Shown in pieces: positions 21,208 through 32,909 of a stretch of 64,000 bases of DNA. The notes below the pieces were generated by a model, which saw only the letters and a program-made list of their open reading frames with translations, was not told the origin of the DNA and ran no database searches. The stretch's first letter is position 1. Each line of letters starts with the position of its first letter. The position numbers and the translations under genes are program-made. The stretch covers positions 1,376,001 through 1,440,000 of the forward strand of contig CBDDPY010000002.1 of NCBI GenBank assembly GCA_965232515.1, read 5' to 3'. The stretch comes from Alphaproteobacteria bacterium (GTDB lineage: Bacteria; Pseudomonadota; Alphaproteobacteria; GCA-2731375).

Positions 21208-23482
21208 GGGACGCTACTTTGTCATCGCGCCGGTTCGAGGGTGGCGGCGTCTCGACCGCGTCCTCGCTGCCGGCATTCGGCTTGATTGGGAAGGTAATGG
21301 TGACGCAGGCGCCGCCACCGCGGGCATCCTCCAGCGTCAGTTGACCGCCATGGTCCTCGACGATCTTCTTGACGATGGCGAGGCCGAGACCGGTGCCTTT
21401 CGTCCGGGTGGTGACATAGGGTTCGGTCAGGCGCTCGCGCTGATCCGGCGGCAGGCCGCGGCCATTGTCACGGATCGTCAGCGTGACCTGCGGCCCCTCG
21501 TCCTCCAGCGTCACGCCGATGCGGCCGGTTGGCAGGTCGTCGTCCGGATCACGACCCTGGATGGCCTCGGCCGCGTTCTTCAGGACGTTCGTCAGAACCT
21601 GGCCGATCTGACGTGAATCGCAGCGCAGATCGATCGGCCCTTCCGGAAGGTTGCTGACATATTCGATGTCGGGATGCGCAACCTGCTGCGGAAACACGCT
21701 TTGCCGCACGATGTCGGTCAGGTTGTGCTGCCGCAGCGACGGCGCGGGCATGCGCGCAAAAGCCGAGAACTCATCGACCATGCGGCCGATGTCGCCGACA
21801 TGGCGGATGATCGTCTCGGTGCAGCGTTCGAAGACCTCGCGATCGGTGGTGATCTCGTCGCGGTATTTCCGACGCAAGCGTTCCGCCGAGAGCTGGATCG
21901 GCGTCAGCGGGTTCTTGATCTCGTGCGCGATGCGCCGCGCCACGTCGGCCCAGGCGGCCGTGCGCTGCGCCTGCAGCAGCTCGGTGATGTCGTCGAACGT
22001 GATGACGAAGCCCTGCCGCTCCTCGCGGCTGCGGTCGGCCGTCACCCGCACCAGCAGCGTCCGGCGTTTGTCGCCGCGATTGAGGCTGACCTGCCCGTCG
22101 ACGACCCGGTTCGGCCGGCTGCGCGCCTCGGCCAGCAGCAGGCCCAGCTCGGGCACGACATTCTCAAAACGCTGGCCGATCAGGGTGTCGATGTCGCTGC
22201 CCAACAGATCCGCCGCGGTCTGGTTCGGCAGGTTGATGCGGCCGTCGCGATCGAGACCGACGACGCCGGCGCTGACGCCGGCCAGCACGGTTTCTGTAAA
22301 GCGCCGACGGCGATCGAGCTTACGATTGGCTTCCAGCACCTCGTTGCGCTGGGCCTCGAGCTGGTTGGTCATGCGATTGAACGCGCGGCTGAGCGTGCCG
22401 AGCTCATCGTCGCTGTCGCCCTCGGGCACGCGGGCCAGCATGTCGCCCTGCCGCACGCGCTCGGCGGCCAGCACCAGCGCGCTGATCGGCCGGACCAGAC
22501 GATTGGCGAAAAGCAAACCGAGCCAGACGGCCACGAACAGCAGCATCAGCGCGACGACGATGAAGATCAGCGCCGACATCAGCTGGACGCTGGACCGGGC
22601 GCCTTCGAGCTTCTGGTACTGCGCGACGGCGGCCTGCGTCTGCTGCACGTAGCTGACGACCTGATGCTCGACGAAGCGGCCGACATAGAGATAGGCATCG
22701 AGGAAGCCCTCGAGCCGCATTAGTGCGCGCACTTGGTCCTCGGTGTCGCTGGCGAACACCACGACCTCGCCGCTGTTCACCCGCCCGATGGCCTCCAACG
22801 GCACGGCGTCGAAGGCGGCGGCCAGGCTCAACGTCGTACGAGCGAGCACGCGGCCACTGGAGTCGAACACCGTCGCTTCGCTCAACGTCCGCAGCGCGGC
22901 CTGCGTCGACAGGACCTGATTGAACAGATTTGCGTTGCGCGCCAGCCGCGGCGCGACGCGGTTGAGGTCGTTGGCCATGGCCAGGATGTCGGCGCGGATT
23001 GCCTTGCGGTGCTCGGCGACATAGGCCTGGGCGATCGCCTGCGAGCCTTCGACGGCGTTGCGGATGCGGTCGCTGAACCAGGTCTGGATGACGAGATGGA
23101 AGAACAGCGCCGCGAACACGGCGACGATAATGGCCGGCGCGACCGCCACCAGACTGAACAGACCGACGAACCGGGTATGCAGGCGCGAGCCCGCCGAACC
23201 GCTGCGCCGTTCGACATAGAGCCGCACAAGCTGCCGGGCGATCAGCGCACCGAGCGACAGCAGCAGGATCATGTCGACGACGAGCAAGCCGAGCACGAGC
23301 TGGAGGTCCTGCGCATCGGTCGACGAACCGGTCCAGGCGGCATAAGTGGCGAGCCCGGACACGGCGACGGCAACCGCCAGCGCGATCGCCAGCTTGCCCG
23401 CCAGACCGACACGCCGCGCCCAGCGCTGCAGCCGCTGCGCGACCGGCCAGCCGATCGTGTATCCGTCCGTCGTCGTCGTCAT
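21197..23482 (-). CDS. ntrY: Sensor histidine kinase NtrY
   Basis: TM segments, HAMP, PAS, AWADVARRIAHEIKNPLTP. Confidence 0.93.
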   Translation of the reverse strand: MTTTTDGYTIGWPVAQRLQRWARRVGLAGKLAIALAVAVAVSGLATYAAWTGSSTDAQDLQLVLGLLVVDMILLLSLGALIARQLVRLYVERRSGSAGSRLHTRFVGLFSLVAVAPAIIVAVFAALFFHLVIQTWFSDRIRNAVEGSQAIAQAYVAEHRKAIRADILAMANDLNRVAPRLARNANLFNQVLSTQAALRTLSEATVFDSSGRVLARTTLSLAAAFDAVPLEAIGRVNSGEVVVFASDTEDQVRALMRLEGFLDAYLYVGRFVEHQVVSYVQQTQAAVAQYQKLEGARSSVQLMSALIFIVVALMLLFVAVWLGLLFANRLVRPISALVLAAERVRQGDMLARVPEGDSDDELGTLSRAFNRMTNQLEAQRNEVLEANRKLDRRRRFTETVLAGVSAGVVGLDRDGRINLPNQTAADLLGSDIDTLIGQRFENVVPELGLLLAEARSRPNRVVDGQVSLNRGDKRRTLLVRVTADRSREERQGFVITFDDITELLQAQRTAAWADVARRIAHEIKNPLTPIQLSAERLRRKYRDEITTDREVFERCTETIIRHVGDIGRMVDEFSAFARMPAPSLRQHNLTDIVRQSVFPQQVAHPDIEYVSNLPEGPIDLRCDSRQIGQVLTNVLKNAAEAIQGRDPDDDLPTGRIGVTLEDEGPQVTLTIRDNGRGLPPDQRERLTEPYVTTRTKGTGLGLAIVKKIVEDHGGQLTLEDARGGGACVTITFPIKPNAGSEDAVETPPPSNRRDDKVASHGT

Positions 23483-23547
23483 CAGGTGGCCCGTGCAGTC
23501 ACCGCCACAGCTGCGTTATCGGGGTCACAGTCTGTTGCAATATTGCA

Positions 23548-24993
23548 TCACTTGATGCCGCGTACCACCTGAATGTCAAGCTCGCGAATTTTCTTTCGCA
23601 GCGTGTTGCGGTTGAGCCCGAGCAGCAGCGCCGCCCGCACTTGATTGCCCCGGGTCGCCGACAGGCTCATTTCGATGAGTGGCCGTTCAAGCTCGCGCAG
23701 CACGCGATCGTAGAGCCCCGGCGGCGGCAAACTGTCGCCATGCGCTGAGAAATAGCGCTTCAGATGACGTTCGACCGCGCCGCCAATGCTGTCGCCGCCA
23801 CCTGAATCTCCGAACTCGGGTCCCGGCGCCGTCGCGGTCAGCTCGGCCTCGATGACTTCAATGCCGATCACCTCTTCGGCATAAAGCGCGGCAAGTCGCC
23901 GCACCAGATTTTCGAGTTCGCGAACATTGCCCGGCCAGCGATAAGTCTTCAGGCGCTCAATGCCGTCGTTATCGATTCGCTTCGGCGGCAGTCCCTCGCT
24001 CTCGGCCGTGGCGAGGAAATGCCGGACCAGATCGGGCACATCCTCCGTACGTTCGCGCAGCGGCGGCAGCCGGATCGGCACGACGTTCAGACGGTAGAAC
24101 AGGTCTTCGCGGAAGATGCCCTGATGGATCAGCTGCCGCAGATCGCGGTTGGTGGCGGCGACGATACGCACATCGGTCCTGATCGGCGTGCGGCCGCCGA
24201 CCGTCGTGTACTCGCCCTGCTGCAGCACGCGCAGCAGACGGGTCTGGGCTTCGGGCGGCATGTCGCCGACCTCGTCCAGAAACAGCGTGCCGCCCTCGGC
24301 CTGCTCGAACCGCCCCATGTTGCGGTTGGTGGCGCCGGTGAACGAGCCCTTCTCGTGGCCGAACAGCTCTGCCTCGATCAATTCGCGTGGGATCGCCGCC
24401 ATGTTGACGGCGACGAACGGACCGTTGCGGCGTTTGCCGTAGTCGTGCAGCGCGCGGGCGACCAGCTCTTTGCCGGTGCCGGATTCGCCGGTCACCATCA
24501 CCGTCAGGTCGGTCTGCATGAGCCGCGCCAGCGTGCGGTAGATGTCCTGCATCGCCGCCGAGCGGCCGATCAGCGGCAGCACCTCGTCGGCATCGTCGGC
24601 CTTGCCGGTATCGCCGCGGCGCTCGTTCGGCGTCGTCAGCGCCCGTCTGACGACGCTGGTCAGCTCCTTCAGGTCGAATGGCTTCGGCAGGTATTCATAA
24701 GCGCCGCGCTCCGTCGCCTTGATCGCGGTGATCAGCGTTGTCTGCGCGCTCATCACGACGATCGGCAGCTCCGGACGCAGCTTCTTGATCCGCGGCAGAA
24801 GGTCCAGGCCGTTCTCGTCCGGCATCAATACGTCGGTGATGACCAGATCGCCGTCACCGTCGTTGATCCAACGCCACAGGGTCGCGGCATTGCCGGTGCT
24901 GCGGACCTGGAAACCGTCGCGCCCCAGCGCCCGGTCGAGCACGGTCCGAATGGCGCGGTCGTCGTCGGCGACGAGAATGGTTCCGTTGTTCAT
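23548..24993 (-). CDS. ntrC: Nitrogen regulation protein NtrC
   Basis: [28 protein letters not shown]; ATGA overlap with ntrB. Confidence 0.95.
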   Translation of the reverse strand: MNNGTILVADDDRAIRTVLDRALGRDGFQVRSTGNAATLWRWINDGDGDLVITDVLMPDENGLDLLPRIKKLRPELPIVVMSAQTTLITAIKATERGAYEYLPKPFDLKELTSVVRRALTTPNERRGDTGKADDADEVLPLIGRSAAMQDIYRTLARLMQTDLTVMVTGESGTGKELVARALHDYGKRRNGPFVAVNMAAIPRELIEAELFGHEKGSFTGATNRNMGRFEQAEGGTLFLDEVGDMPPEAQTRLLRVLQQGEYTTVGGRTPIRTDVRIVAATNRDLRQLIHQGIFREDLFYRLNVVPIRLPPLRERTEDVPDLVRHFLATAESEGLPPKRIDNDGIERLKTYRWPGNVRELENLVRRLAALYAEEVIGIEVIEAELTATAPGPEFGDSGGGDSIGGAVERHLKRYFSAHGDSLPPPGLYDRVLRELERPLIEMSLSATRGNQVRAALLLGLNRNTLRKKIRELDIQVVRGIK

Positions 24994-26099
24994 GGGCCTT
25001 CCGCCTCGTACATCGGCAGCATGATCCGGAAGACCGTGCGCCGCGGGCGGCTGTCGCATTCGACGGTGCCGCCGTGGTCGTCGATAATCTTCGCCACCAG
25101 CGCCAGACCCAACCCCGAGCCCTGAGCCTTCGTGGTCACGAAGGCATCGAAGAGATAGGGCTGCAGGTCCTCCGGCACGCCCGGTCCGTTGTCCTGAATG
25201 CTGATCTCGAGCGGCAGCTTCATCCGTCGCCGGCTGCCCGGCACCGCAAGGCGCACCCCGTGGCGGAACGCCGTCGTCATGACGATCTCGCCGCCCTGGT
25301 CGGGCGCGGCCTCGGCGGCGTTCTTCACCAGGTTCAGGAAGGCCTGCACCAGCTGGTCGAAGTTGCCGTGCACGGGCGGCAGCGACGGATCGTACTGCTC
25401 GACGATGCGCAGGTGCTCGCCAAATCCGTTCTGGGCCAGCTTGCGCACCCGCTCCAGGACCTCGTGGATGTTCACCGGCGCCCGCTCGATGGGCTTGTCC
25501 GAGAACATCTCCATACGATCAAGGATGCCGCAGATGCGGTCGGTTTCATCGCAGATCAGCCGCGTCAGCTCGTCGTCGACCTGATCGGGATTCTGCTCCA
25601 GCAACTGGGCCGCGCCGCGGATTCCGCTCAAGGGGTTCTTCACCTCGTGCGCCAGCACCGCGGCGAGGCCGGTGACCGATCGGGCGGCGCCACGATGGGT
25701 GAGCTGCCGATCGATCTTGCTGGCAATGGTGTTCTCTTGCAGCGAGATCAGCACCGCGCCCGGCATGTCAGCCAGCGGCGAAACGGTGATGTTCACCAAG
25801 TGCCGGCCGATCCGCGGCGTGCCCAGATCGACGGCGTATTCAGACATCGTGTTGCCGTCGTGCCGGACCTGGGCCACCAACGACAAGACCGGGCTGCCGA
25901 ACGGCGCGACATCGGCGAGGCTTTGCCGATACAACAAGGCGGCGCCGGCGGAGAAGAACTGCTCGCCCGCGTGATTGACGTAGCGGATGGCGTCGTCGCG
26001 GTCGACGACCAGAACCGGATACGGCAATGCGCTCAGGAACGTCTCGGGATCGAAGCGAAAGCCGGCCACCGACGTCGTCCGAGCGAGTTCGGTCGTCAT
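24990..26099 (-). CDS. ntrB: Nitrogen regulation kinase NtrB
   Basis: PAS + [18 protein letters not shown]. Confidence 0.95.
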   Translation of the reverse strand: MTTELARTTSVAGFRFDPETFLSALPYPVLVVDRDDAIRYVNHAGEQFFSAGAALLYRQSLADVAPFGSPVLSLVAQVRHDGNTMSEYAVDLGTPRIGRHLVNITVSPLADMPGAVLISLQENTIASKIDRQLTHRGAARSVTGLAAVLAHEVKNPLSGIRGAAQLLEQNPDQVDDELTRLICDETDRICGILDRMEMFSDKPIERAPVNIHEVLERVRKLAQNGFGEHLRIVEQYDPSLPPVHGNFDQLVQAFLNLVKNAAEAAPDQGGEIVMTTAFRHGVRLAVPGSRRRMKLPLEISIQDNGPGVPEDLQPYLFDAFVTTKAQGSGLGLALVAKIIDDHGGTVECDSRPRRTVFRIMLPMYEAEGP

Positions 26100-27085
26100 C
26101 AGGCCGCCAGCCTGTCGCCAACGGCGTCGTAGGCCTGATGGATCAGCGCGACAACGTCGGCGGGCCGGTCGCTGCGTTTTGCGACCTGACGGACCGCCTC
26201 GGGCGCGCCTGCCCGTCCGAGATACCAGTCGAGATGCTTGCGCGCGATACGCACGCCGCGATCGGTCCCATAGTGCGCCAGCATGTCGGTGTAGTGCTCG
26301 AGCACGATGTCGCGCTGCCGGACGACCGGCGGATCCGGCAGACGCCGACCTGTCTTCAGGAAGGCGATAACCTGGGCGATGAACCAGGGGCGGCCGTAGC
26401 TGCCGCGGCCGATCATCACGCCGTCGGCGCCCGATGCAGTGAGGATCGCCGCCGCGTCATCGACGCTGACGACATCGCCGTTGGCGACGACCGGGATATC
26501 GACCGCCGCCTTGACCCGCGAGATGAACGACCAGTCGGCCCGCCCCTTGTAGAGCTGACAGCGCGTGCGTCCGTGCACGGTGATCATCCCGACGCCGCAG
26601 TCCTGCGCGATCCGCGCCAGCCGCGGGGCGTTGCGCGACGCCTCGTCCCAGCCCGTGCGCATCTTCAGCGTGACAGGGATGTCCACCGCCTCGACAGTAT
26701 GGGCGATGATGCGGCCGGCATGGATCTCGTCACGCATCAGCGCGGACCCCGCCTGCCCGCCGACGACCTTCTTCACCGGGCAGCCCATGTTGATGTCGAT
26801 GATGTGGGCGCCGCGATCCCGGTTCCAACGCGCCGCCGCGGCCATGTCCTCGGGAATGCAGCCGGCGAGCTGAACGGCGCGCGGCCGCTCGTCGGTATCT
26901 GTCCGGGCACGCTCGCGCGACGCCCGGCTCTCACGCATCAGCTCGCGACTGGCGATCATTTCGGACACCACGAGGCCGCCGCCCAGACGGCGCACCATCC
27001 GACGGAACGGCAGGTCCGTGACGCCCGACATGGGCGCCAGGATAACCGGCTCTTCGATTTTTACGGTTCCGACGGAGATGGTCAT
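26099..27085 (-). CDS. dusB: tRNA-dihydrouridine synthase DusB (NifR3)
   Basis: LAPMSG, INMGCP, TVHGRT; nifR3-ntrBC synteny. Confidence 0.93.
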   Translation of the reverse strand: MTISVGTVKIEEPVILAPMSGVTDLPFRRMVRRLGGGLVVSEMIASRELMRESRASRERARTDTDERPRAVQLAGCIPEDMAAAARWNRDRGAHIIDINMGCPVKKVVGGQAGSALMRDEIHAGRIIAHTVEAVDIPVTLKMRTGWDEASRNAPRLARIAQDCGVGMITVHGRTRCQLYKGRADWSFISRVKAAVDIPVVANGDVVSVDDAAAILTASGADGVMIGRGSYGRPWFIAQVIAFLKTGRRLPDPPVVRQRDIVLEHYTDMLAHYGTDRGVRIARKHLDWYLGRAGAPEAVRQVAKRSDRPADVVALIHQAYDAVGDRLAA

Positions 27086-27124
27086 TTCTTAGGCATGTGA
27101 CCTTTGGTGCTTAATTCGAATGCA
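27079..27124. promoter_or_regulatory. Two putative NtrC-binding sites at the dusB-ntrBC promoter
   Basis: 17-mers TGGTCATTTCTTAGGCA (27079-27095) and TGCTTAATTCGAATGCA (27108-27124) resemble the TGC-N11-GCA NtrC box. Confidence 0.5.
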
Positions 27125-27215
27125 ACACTAGTGGACTTGATGCCGCAGTGCAACATTGGGCAATAGTTATCGTCGACGGCTTGGCGCGGGGCGAACGGGG
27201 CTTTAGGTTGCCGCC

Positions 27216-28376
27216 ATGTCGGAGCGCACGACCATAGCCCTGGTGGTTGCCGGCGGCCGCGGCACCCGGCTGGGTATCGATGTGCCGAAGCAGTATCTGC
27301 CGCTGGGCGGCCGCGCCGTGTTGCGGCACAGCATCGAGACGTTCCTCAGCCATCCGGCGGTCGACGACGTCCAGGTCGTGATCCATGCCAATGACCGGCC
27401 GCACTACGAGGCCGCCGTCGCCGGGCTGACCTTGCCGGCGCCGGTGACCGGCGGGGCGACCCGCCAGGCTTCGGTCCTGGCCGGCCTGGAAGGTCTGGTG
27501 GCAATGAATCCGGGCCGGGTACTGATCCACGACGCCGCACGACCATTTGTCGATTGCCGGGTCATCGACCGCGCCCTCGCGCTGTTGGCCGAGAACGCGG
27601 GCGCCATTGCCGCGCTGCCGCAGACCGACAGTCTGAAGCGCGGACAGGACGGGCGCATTACCGCCAACGTCGACCGGGCCGACCTTTGGCGCGCGCAGAC
27701 GCCGCAGGCCTTCCGCTACGACGAGATCCTGGCGGCGCATCGGGCCGCCGCCGGCGCCGCACATACCGACGATGCCGCGGTGGCCGCCGCAGCGGGCCTT
27801 GGGGTGGCGCTGGTCGACGGCGACGAGGACAATTTCAAGATCACCTCTTCAGCGGACCTTGACCGCGCCGAACGCCTGCTGGCGCAGCGGCTGGGCGATA
27901 TCCGGGTCGGCACCGGCTTCGATGTACACCGCTTCGTTGCCGGCAATCATGTCATGCTTTGCGGCGTGCGGATTCCGCACGACGCGGCGCTGGCCGGTCA
28001 CTCGGACGCGGATGTCGGCCTGCACGCCATAACCGACGCGCTGCTTGGCGCGATCGGCGCCGGCGATATCGGCGACCACTTTCCGCCCAGCGACCCGCAA
28101 TGGAAGGGCGCGCCGTCGGACCTGTTCCTACACCATGCCGGCCAAGCGGTCGCCGCCCGCGGCGGCAAGGTCGCCCACGTCGACGTCACGTTGATCTGCG
28201 AACGGCCCAAGATCGGTCCACACCGCAGCGCCATGGTCGAGCGCATCGGCGAGATCCTGACACTGGCGCCAGAGCGCGTCAGCGTGAAAGCGACCACGAC
28301 CGAACGCCTGGGCTATCTGGGACGGGGCGAGGGCATCGGCGCGCAGGCGGTCGCGACCGTGCGACTGCCGCTGTGA
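27216..28376 (+). CDS. ispDF: Bifunctional IspD/IspF
   Basis: AGGRGTR..PKQY, HDAARP, GFDVH, HSDADV, KATTTE. Confidence 0.95.
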   Translation: MSERTTIALVVAGGRGTRLGIDVPKQYLPLGGRAVLRHSIETFLSHPAVDDVQVVIHANDRPHYEAAVAGLTLPAPVTGGATRQASVLAGLEGLVAMNPGRVLIHDAARPFVDCRVIDRALALLAENAGAIAALPQTDSLKRGQDGRITANVDRADLWRAQTPQAFRYDEILAAHRAAAGAAHTDDAAVAAAAGLGVALVDGDEDNFKITSSADLDRAERLLAQRLGDIRVGTGFDVHRFVAGNHVMLCGVRIPHDAALAGHSDADVGLHAITDALLGAIGAGDIGDHFPPSDPQWKGAPSDLFLHHAGQAVAARGGKVAHVDVTLICERPKIGPHRSAMVERIGEILTLAPERVSVKATTTERLGYLGRGEGIGAQAVATVRLPL

Positions 28377-28852
28377 ACCGGCCGCTGCCGCTCAGCCATC
28401 CGGCAGCCCTGTTGGCGACCTGGTTCGGATCTGGGTTGCTGCCGCGAGCGCCGGGCACCTGGGGCTCGCTCGCCGCCCTGCCCTTCGCCTGGATCATCGC
28501 CAGCCTTGCCGGACCGATCGGACTGGCGCTGGCCGCGGCCATCGTGTTCGGCATTGGCTGTTGGGCCGCCGAACGATATGCGGACGCCACAGGCAAAGCC
28601 GATCCCGGCGCCGTTGTCATCGATGAAGTCGCAGGACAGTGGCTGGTGCTGGTGGCGGCCCCGCTCAGCCTGCCGGCCTATGCCACAGGTTTCCTGCTGT
28701 TCCGGCTGCTGGACATCGTCAAGCCGTGGCCGGCGAGCTGGGCCGATCGCACGCTGAAGGGCGGCGTCGGCATCATGGCCGACGACGTACTTGCGGCCGG
28801 CTATGGCTTGGTGCTGATGTATCTCGGCCGGGACTGGATCGGAGGGTTCTGA
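28373..28852 (+). CDS. pgpA: Phosphatidylglycerophosphatase A
   Basis: [38 protein letters not shown]; GTG start overlapping the ispDF stop. Confidence 0.92.
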   Translation: MNRPLPLSHPAALLATWFGSGLLPRAPGTWGSLAALPFAWIIASLAGPIGLALAAAIVFGIGCWAAERYADATGKADPGAVVIDEVAGQWLVLVAAPLSLPAYATGFLLFRLLDIVKPWPASWADRTLKGGVGIMADDVLAAGYGLVLMYLGRDWIGGF

Positions 28853-29356
28853 ATGCTGCCGAAGCACCTGCTGCGCCTCGCGGAGACGACGCTGTCGGCG
28901 GCCCGTGAGCAGGGCCGGACCATTGCCACAGCCGAGTCCTGCACCGGCGGACTGATCGTTGGCTGCCTAACCGAGATCGCCGGCTCGTCCGATGTCGTCG
29001 ACCGGGGCTTCGTCACCTACTCCAACGCCGCCAAGACCGAACTGCTGGGTGTCCCGGCGGCGACGATCGAGGCCATGGGCGCCGTGAGTGAAGAGGTCGC
29101 CATTGCCATGGCCGAGGGCGCGCTCGACCGCAGCAATGCCAACCTGACCGTGGCTGTCACGGGCGTCGCCGGTCCCGGCGGCGGTACGGCGGAGAAACCG
29201 GTCGGGCTCGTGCATATCGCGACAGCTAAGACCGGGGCCGCGACGGAACACCGCCGAATGGCGTATGGTGATGTGGGGCGTGATCGAGTGCGCGAAGAAA
29301 CCGTTGTCACGGCGCTGGAGATGCTGCAGGCGCGCATCGCCGAGGAGACCGCATAA
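28853..29356 (+). CDS. cinA: CinA C-terminal / NMN deamidase (PncC-like)
   Basis: AESCTGG, GAVSEE, TGVAGPGGG. Confidence 0.9.
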   Translation: MLPKHLLRLAETTLSAAREQGRTIATAESCTGGLIVGCLTEIAGSSDVVDRGFVTYSNAAKTELLGVPAATIEAMGAVSEEVAIAMAEGALDRSNANLTVAVTGVAGPGGGTAEKPVGLVHIATAKTGAATEHRRMAYGDVGRDRVREETVVTALEMLQARIAEETA

Positions 29357-29976
29357 TGAACCTGGAACTCTACCTTGCCTTCGTCCTGGCCACGACCGTT
29401 CTGATTATCATTCCCGGCCCGAATGTGGCGCTTATCGTCGCGCACAGCGTCAGCTTCGGCGCCCGGCGGGGCCTGGTGACGGTCGCCGGCACCCAGGCCG
29501 CGCAGGCCATTCAAGTCACCGTCACCGCTATCGGCATGACCTCCCTCATGCTGCTGCTCTCGCAGTGGTTCGAGTGGCTGCGCTGGATCGGCGTCGCCTA
29601 TCTGCTCTACCTCGGCGTCCGGCAGTGGCGGAGCAGCTTCGAGCGTGCGGCCGGTCCCGAGGTCACGGCCGGTTCGGCGCGGCCGCTGTTCTGGCAGGGC
29701 TTTTTCGTCGCCATGACGAACCCGAAGACGCTGTTCTTCTATGCCGCCTTCTTCCCGCAGTTCGTCGACCCGCAACTGCCGTTCGCCGGCCAGATGGTGC
29801 TGCTGTGCCTGACCTATCTGGCAATCGCGACGCTGCTGGACGGCGGTTATGCGATCGCCGCCGGCAGGGCGCGGGCCTGGTTCGGCAATGCGCGGCGCAT
29901 GCGATGGCAGAACCGGATCAGCGGCTCACTGTTGATCGGCGCGGGCGTTGGATTGGCGCTGGCGCGCCGGAGCTAG
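29356..29976 (+). CDS. LysE/RhtB family translocator
   Basis: PGP and NPK motifs, hydrophobic. Confidence 0.9.
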   Translation: MNLELYLAFVLATTVLIIIPGPNVALIVAHSVSFGARRGLVTVAGTQAAQAIQVTVTAIGMTSLMLLLSQWFEWLRWIGVAYLLYLGVRQWRSSFERAAGPEVTAGSARPLFWQGFFVAMTNPKTLFFYAAFFPQFVDPQLPFAGQMVLLCLTYLAIATLLDGGYAIAAGRARAWFGNARRMRWQNRISGSLLIGAGVGLALARRS

Positions 29977-30455
29977 ACTGCCTTTGATGCGGGATCCAGC
30001 GCGTCCGGCGACGTTTCGGGCGAGCTGTAAACCGCTTCGGCGCGGTGTTCGAACGCCGAGACCATGCGGCGGACGGCCTCGTTGAAAACGGGCGTGGCCG
30101 CCGCCCGCAACAGCCGCGAACGGAACTCGAAATCGATCCAGAAATCGATGGTCGTCGCCGCGCCGCCGTCCTCCGGAATGAACTCCCAGTGGTTGTTGAG
30201 ATACCGGAACGGCCCGTCGACATATTCGACATCGATGTGGCGTTTCGGCTCCAGCGTCACCTTTGAGGTGAAGGTCTCGCGGAAGACCTTGAAGCCGACC
30301 ATGAGATCGCCCCAGATCACGTTGCCTTCGCGACGCGTGACCCGGCAGCCGACGCACCACGGCAAGAACTCCGGATACTTGCCGATGTCGGCGACCAGAT
30401 CGAAAAGCTGATCGGGCCGGTAGGGCAGCTTCCGGCGTTCGGCGTGCGTCGGCAT
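29973..30455 (-). CDS. Coq10/RatA START-domain protein
   Basis: LVADIGKYPEFLPWC, GPFRYLNNHW, AFEHRA. Confidence 0.9.
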   Translation of the reverse strand: MPTHAERRKLPYRPDQLFDLVADIGKYPEFLPWCVGCRVTRREGNVIWGDLMVGFKVFRETFTSKVTLEPKRHIDVEYVDGPFRYLNNHWEFIPEDGGAATTIDFWIDFEFRSRLLRAAATPVFNEAVRRMVSAFEHRAEAVYSSPETSPDALDPASKAV

Positions 30456-30462
30456 GGATTTG

Positions 30463-31416
30463 TTATCCGGCGTCGGCGAGTTGCGCTTCGCGGCGGCGGC
30501 GCAGTTCGGCGAAATCGCTGTCGGCGTGATAGGACGAACGGGTCAGCGGCGAGGCCGAGACCATCAGAAAGCCCTTGCCGCGCGCCATCTGCTCGTAGGC
30601 CGCGAACTCATCCGGCGTCACGAAACGGTCCAGCACGTGATGCTTGGGCGTCGGCTGCAGGTATTGGCCGATGGTCAGGAAATCGACATCGGCCGCCCGC
30701 AAGTCATCCATCACCTGATAGACCGCCTGCTTGTCCTCGCCCAGACCGACCATGATGCCGGATTTGGTGAAGATCGTCGGGTCGAGCTGTTTGACCCGCG
30801 CCAGCAGTTGCAGCGAAACGAAATACCGAGCGCCCGGCCGTACCTCCGGATAGAGGCCCGGCACGGTTTCAAGATTATGGTTGAACACATCCGGCCGCGC
30901 CTCGACGACCGTTTCGATGGCGTCCGCCTTGCCCAGGAAATCCGGCGTCAGAACCTCGATTGTGGTCTCGGGCGAGGTTTCGCGGACGCGGGTGATGACC
31001 TTGGCGAAGTGCCTCGCCCCGCCGTCGTCGAGATCGTCGCGGTCGACGGAGGTGATCACGACATGCTTGAGGCCGAGCTTCTGCACGGCGATGGCGACGT
31101 TCTCGGGCTCGAACGGGTCGAGCGCGCCGGGCCGGCCGGTCTTGACGTTGCAGAAGGTGCAGGCCCGCGTGCAGGTATCGCCCATGATCATCATGGTGGC
31201 GTGACGCTTTGCCCAGCACTCGCCGATGTTCGGACAGGCCGCCTCCTCGCAGACGGTGACCAGCTTGTTGTCGCGCATGATGTTCCGGGTCTCGAAGTAT
31301 TCCTTCGAGACCGGCGCCTTGACCCGGATCCAGCTCGGCTTCCGCTTGATCGGATTGTCGGGCCGGTTGCGTTTCTCCGGATGGCGCAGGTCGCGCGTGT
31401 CGCCGGTGATGCTCAT
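30463..31416 (-). CDS. lipA: Lipoyl synthase
   Basis: [26 protein letters not shown]. Confidence 0.97.
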   Translation of the reverse strand: MSITGDTRDLRHPEKRNRPDNPIKRKPSWIRVKAPVSKEYFETRNIMRDNKLVTVCEEAACPNIGECWAKRHATMMIMGDTCTRACTFCNVKTGRPGALDPFEPENVAIAVQKLGLKHVVITSVDRDDLDDGGARHFAKVITRVRETSPETTIEVLTPDFLGKADAIETVVEARPDVFNHNLETVPGLYPEVRPGARYFVSLQLLARVKQLDPTIFTKSGIMVGLGEDKQAVYQVMDDLRAADVDFLTIGQYLQPTPKHHVLDRFVTPDEFAAYEQMARGKGFLMVSASPLTRSSYHADSDFAELRRRREAQLADAG

Positions 31417-31476
31417 GCGGTTTTGTCCATACGATGCGGTCGCCCGAATAACGGAACCTAGCGGCGACCGCTCCCC

Positions 31477-32877
31477 TTAGAAATGTATTGCCCGACCGTA
31501 AGCGTCAAGCACGGACTCGTGCATCATCTCCGACAGCGTCGGGTGCGGGAAGATCGCGTGCATCAGATCAACCTCGGTCGTTTCCAGGGTTTTCGCGACC
31601 CCATAACCCTGGATCAACTCGGTCACTTCGGCGCCGACCATGTGGGCGCCAAGCAGCTCCCCGGATTTGGCGTCGAATACGGTTTTGACCATGCCGTCCG
31701 CCTCGCCCAGCGCGATCGCCTTGCCGTTGCCGATGAAGGGAAAGCGTCCGACCTTGACCTCATGGCCGGCCGCCTTTGCCGCCGCCTCGGTCAAACCGAC
31801 GCTGGCCACCTGCGGCCAGCAATAGGTGCAGCCGGGGATGTTCGAGGTGTCGAGCGGATGCGTCGTATTGTCGCCGGCAATGTGCTCGATACAGATCACG
31901 CCCTCATGGCTCGCCTTGTGCGCCAGCCAGGGCGGGCCGACCAGGTCGCCAATGGCGTAGACGCCGGGCTCGCCCGTGCGCATCCATTCGTCGATCACCA
32001 CATGCGCGCGGTCGACCTCGACCTTGGTGTTCTCGAGGCCGATGTCCTCGACGTTGCCGACGATACCGACGGCCGAGATCACGCGATCGACCGTGATCGT
32101 CTCGTTCTTGCCCTTGTTCTCGATGGTCGCCTTGACGTTGTTGGCGCCCTTCTCGAGCTTCGTGACCTTGGCGCCCGTCTTCAGCTTCATGCCTTGCTTC
32201 TCGAAGGCCTTATGGGCGAAGGCTGAGATCTCCTCGTCCTCAACCGGCAGCACCCGGTCCAGCACCTCGACCACCGTAACATCGGCGCCGAGCGTATTGA
32301 AAAAGCTGGCGAATTCGATACCGATGGCGCCGGAGCCGATGACCAACAGCGATTTCGGCATGACATCAGGCACCATGGCGTGGCGGTAGGTCCAGATCAG
32401 CTTGCCGTCGGCCTCCATGCCCGGCAGCTCGCGGGCCCGCGCGCCGGTCGCCAGGATGATGTGCTTAGCGGCGATGTCGGCAACCGTCTTACCGTCTTTC
32501 TCGACCGCGATCTTGCCCTTGCCGGCGAGACGGCCATGGCCCTCGACGACCGTCACCTTGTTCTTGCGCAGCAGGTGCTTGACGCCGCCGTTAAGCTGGC
32601 CGGCGACGGCACGGCTGCGCTTGACGATCTTCTGAAGGTCGAACTTGATGTCCTTGGCGGAAAAGCCGAATTCGTCGAGACGATGCATCAGGTGATAGAT
32701 CTCGGAGCTGCGCAACAGCGCCTTTGTCGGGATACAGCCCCAGTTCAGGCAGATACCGCCGAGCAATTCGCGCTCGACCACCGCCGCTTTCATGCCGAGT
32801 TGCGCCGCCCGGATGGCGGCGACATAGCCGCCGGGTCCACTACCGACGACGACGACGTCGAAATTCTGCTCCGCCAT
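31477..32877 (-). CDS. lpdA: Dihydrolipoyl dehydrogenase (E3)
   Basis: GSGPGG, CLNWGCIP, HPTLSE. Confidence 0.97.
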   Translation of the reverse strand: MAEQNFDVVVVGSGPGGYVAAIRAAQLGMKAAVVERELLGGICLNWGCIPTKALLRSSEIYHLMHRLDEFGFSAKDIKFDLQKIVKRSRAVAGQLNGGVKHLLRKNKVTVVEGHGRLAGKGKIAVEKDGKTVADIAAKHIILATGARARELPGMEADGKLIWTYRHAMVPDVMPKSLLVIGSGAIGIEFASFFNTLGADVTVVEVLDRVLPVEDEEISAFAHKAFEKQGMKLKTGAKVTKLEKGANNVKATIENKGKNETITVDRVISAVGIVGNVEDIGLENTKVEVDRAHVVIDEWMRTGEPGVYAIGDLVGPPWLAHKASHEGVICIEHIAGDNTTHPLDTSNIPGCTYCWPQVASVGLTEAAAKAAGHEVKVGRFPFIGNGKAIALGEADGMVKTVFDAKSGELLGAHMVGAEVTELIQGYGVAKTLETTEVDLMHAIFPHPTLSEMMHESVLDAYGRAIHF

Positions 32878-32909
32878 ACGCTTTAATCCCTTCCGGCTTG
32901 CAACGCCCG

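Noticed and set aside
29973-30455. RatA 'toxin' as a toxin-antitoxin or defence system
   Set aside because: Core Coq10/START-family gene in its usual lipA/cinA context; no antitoxin partner.
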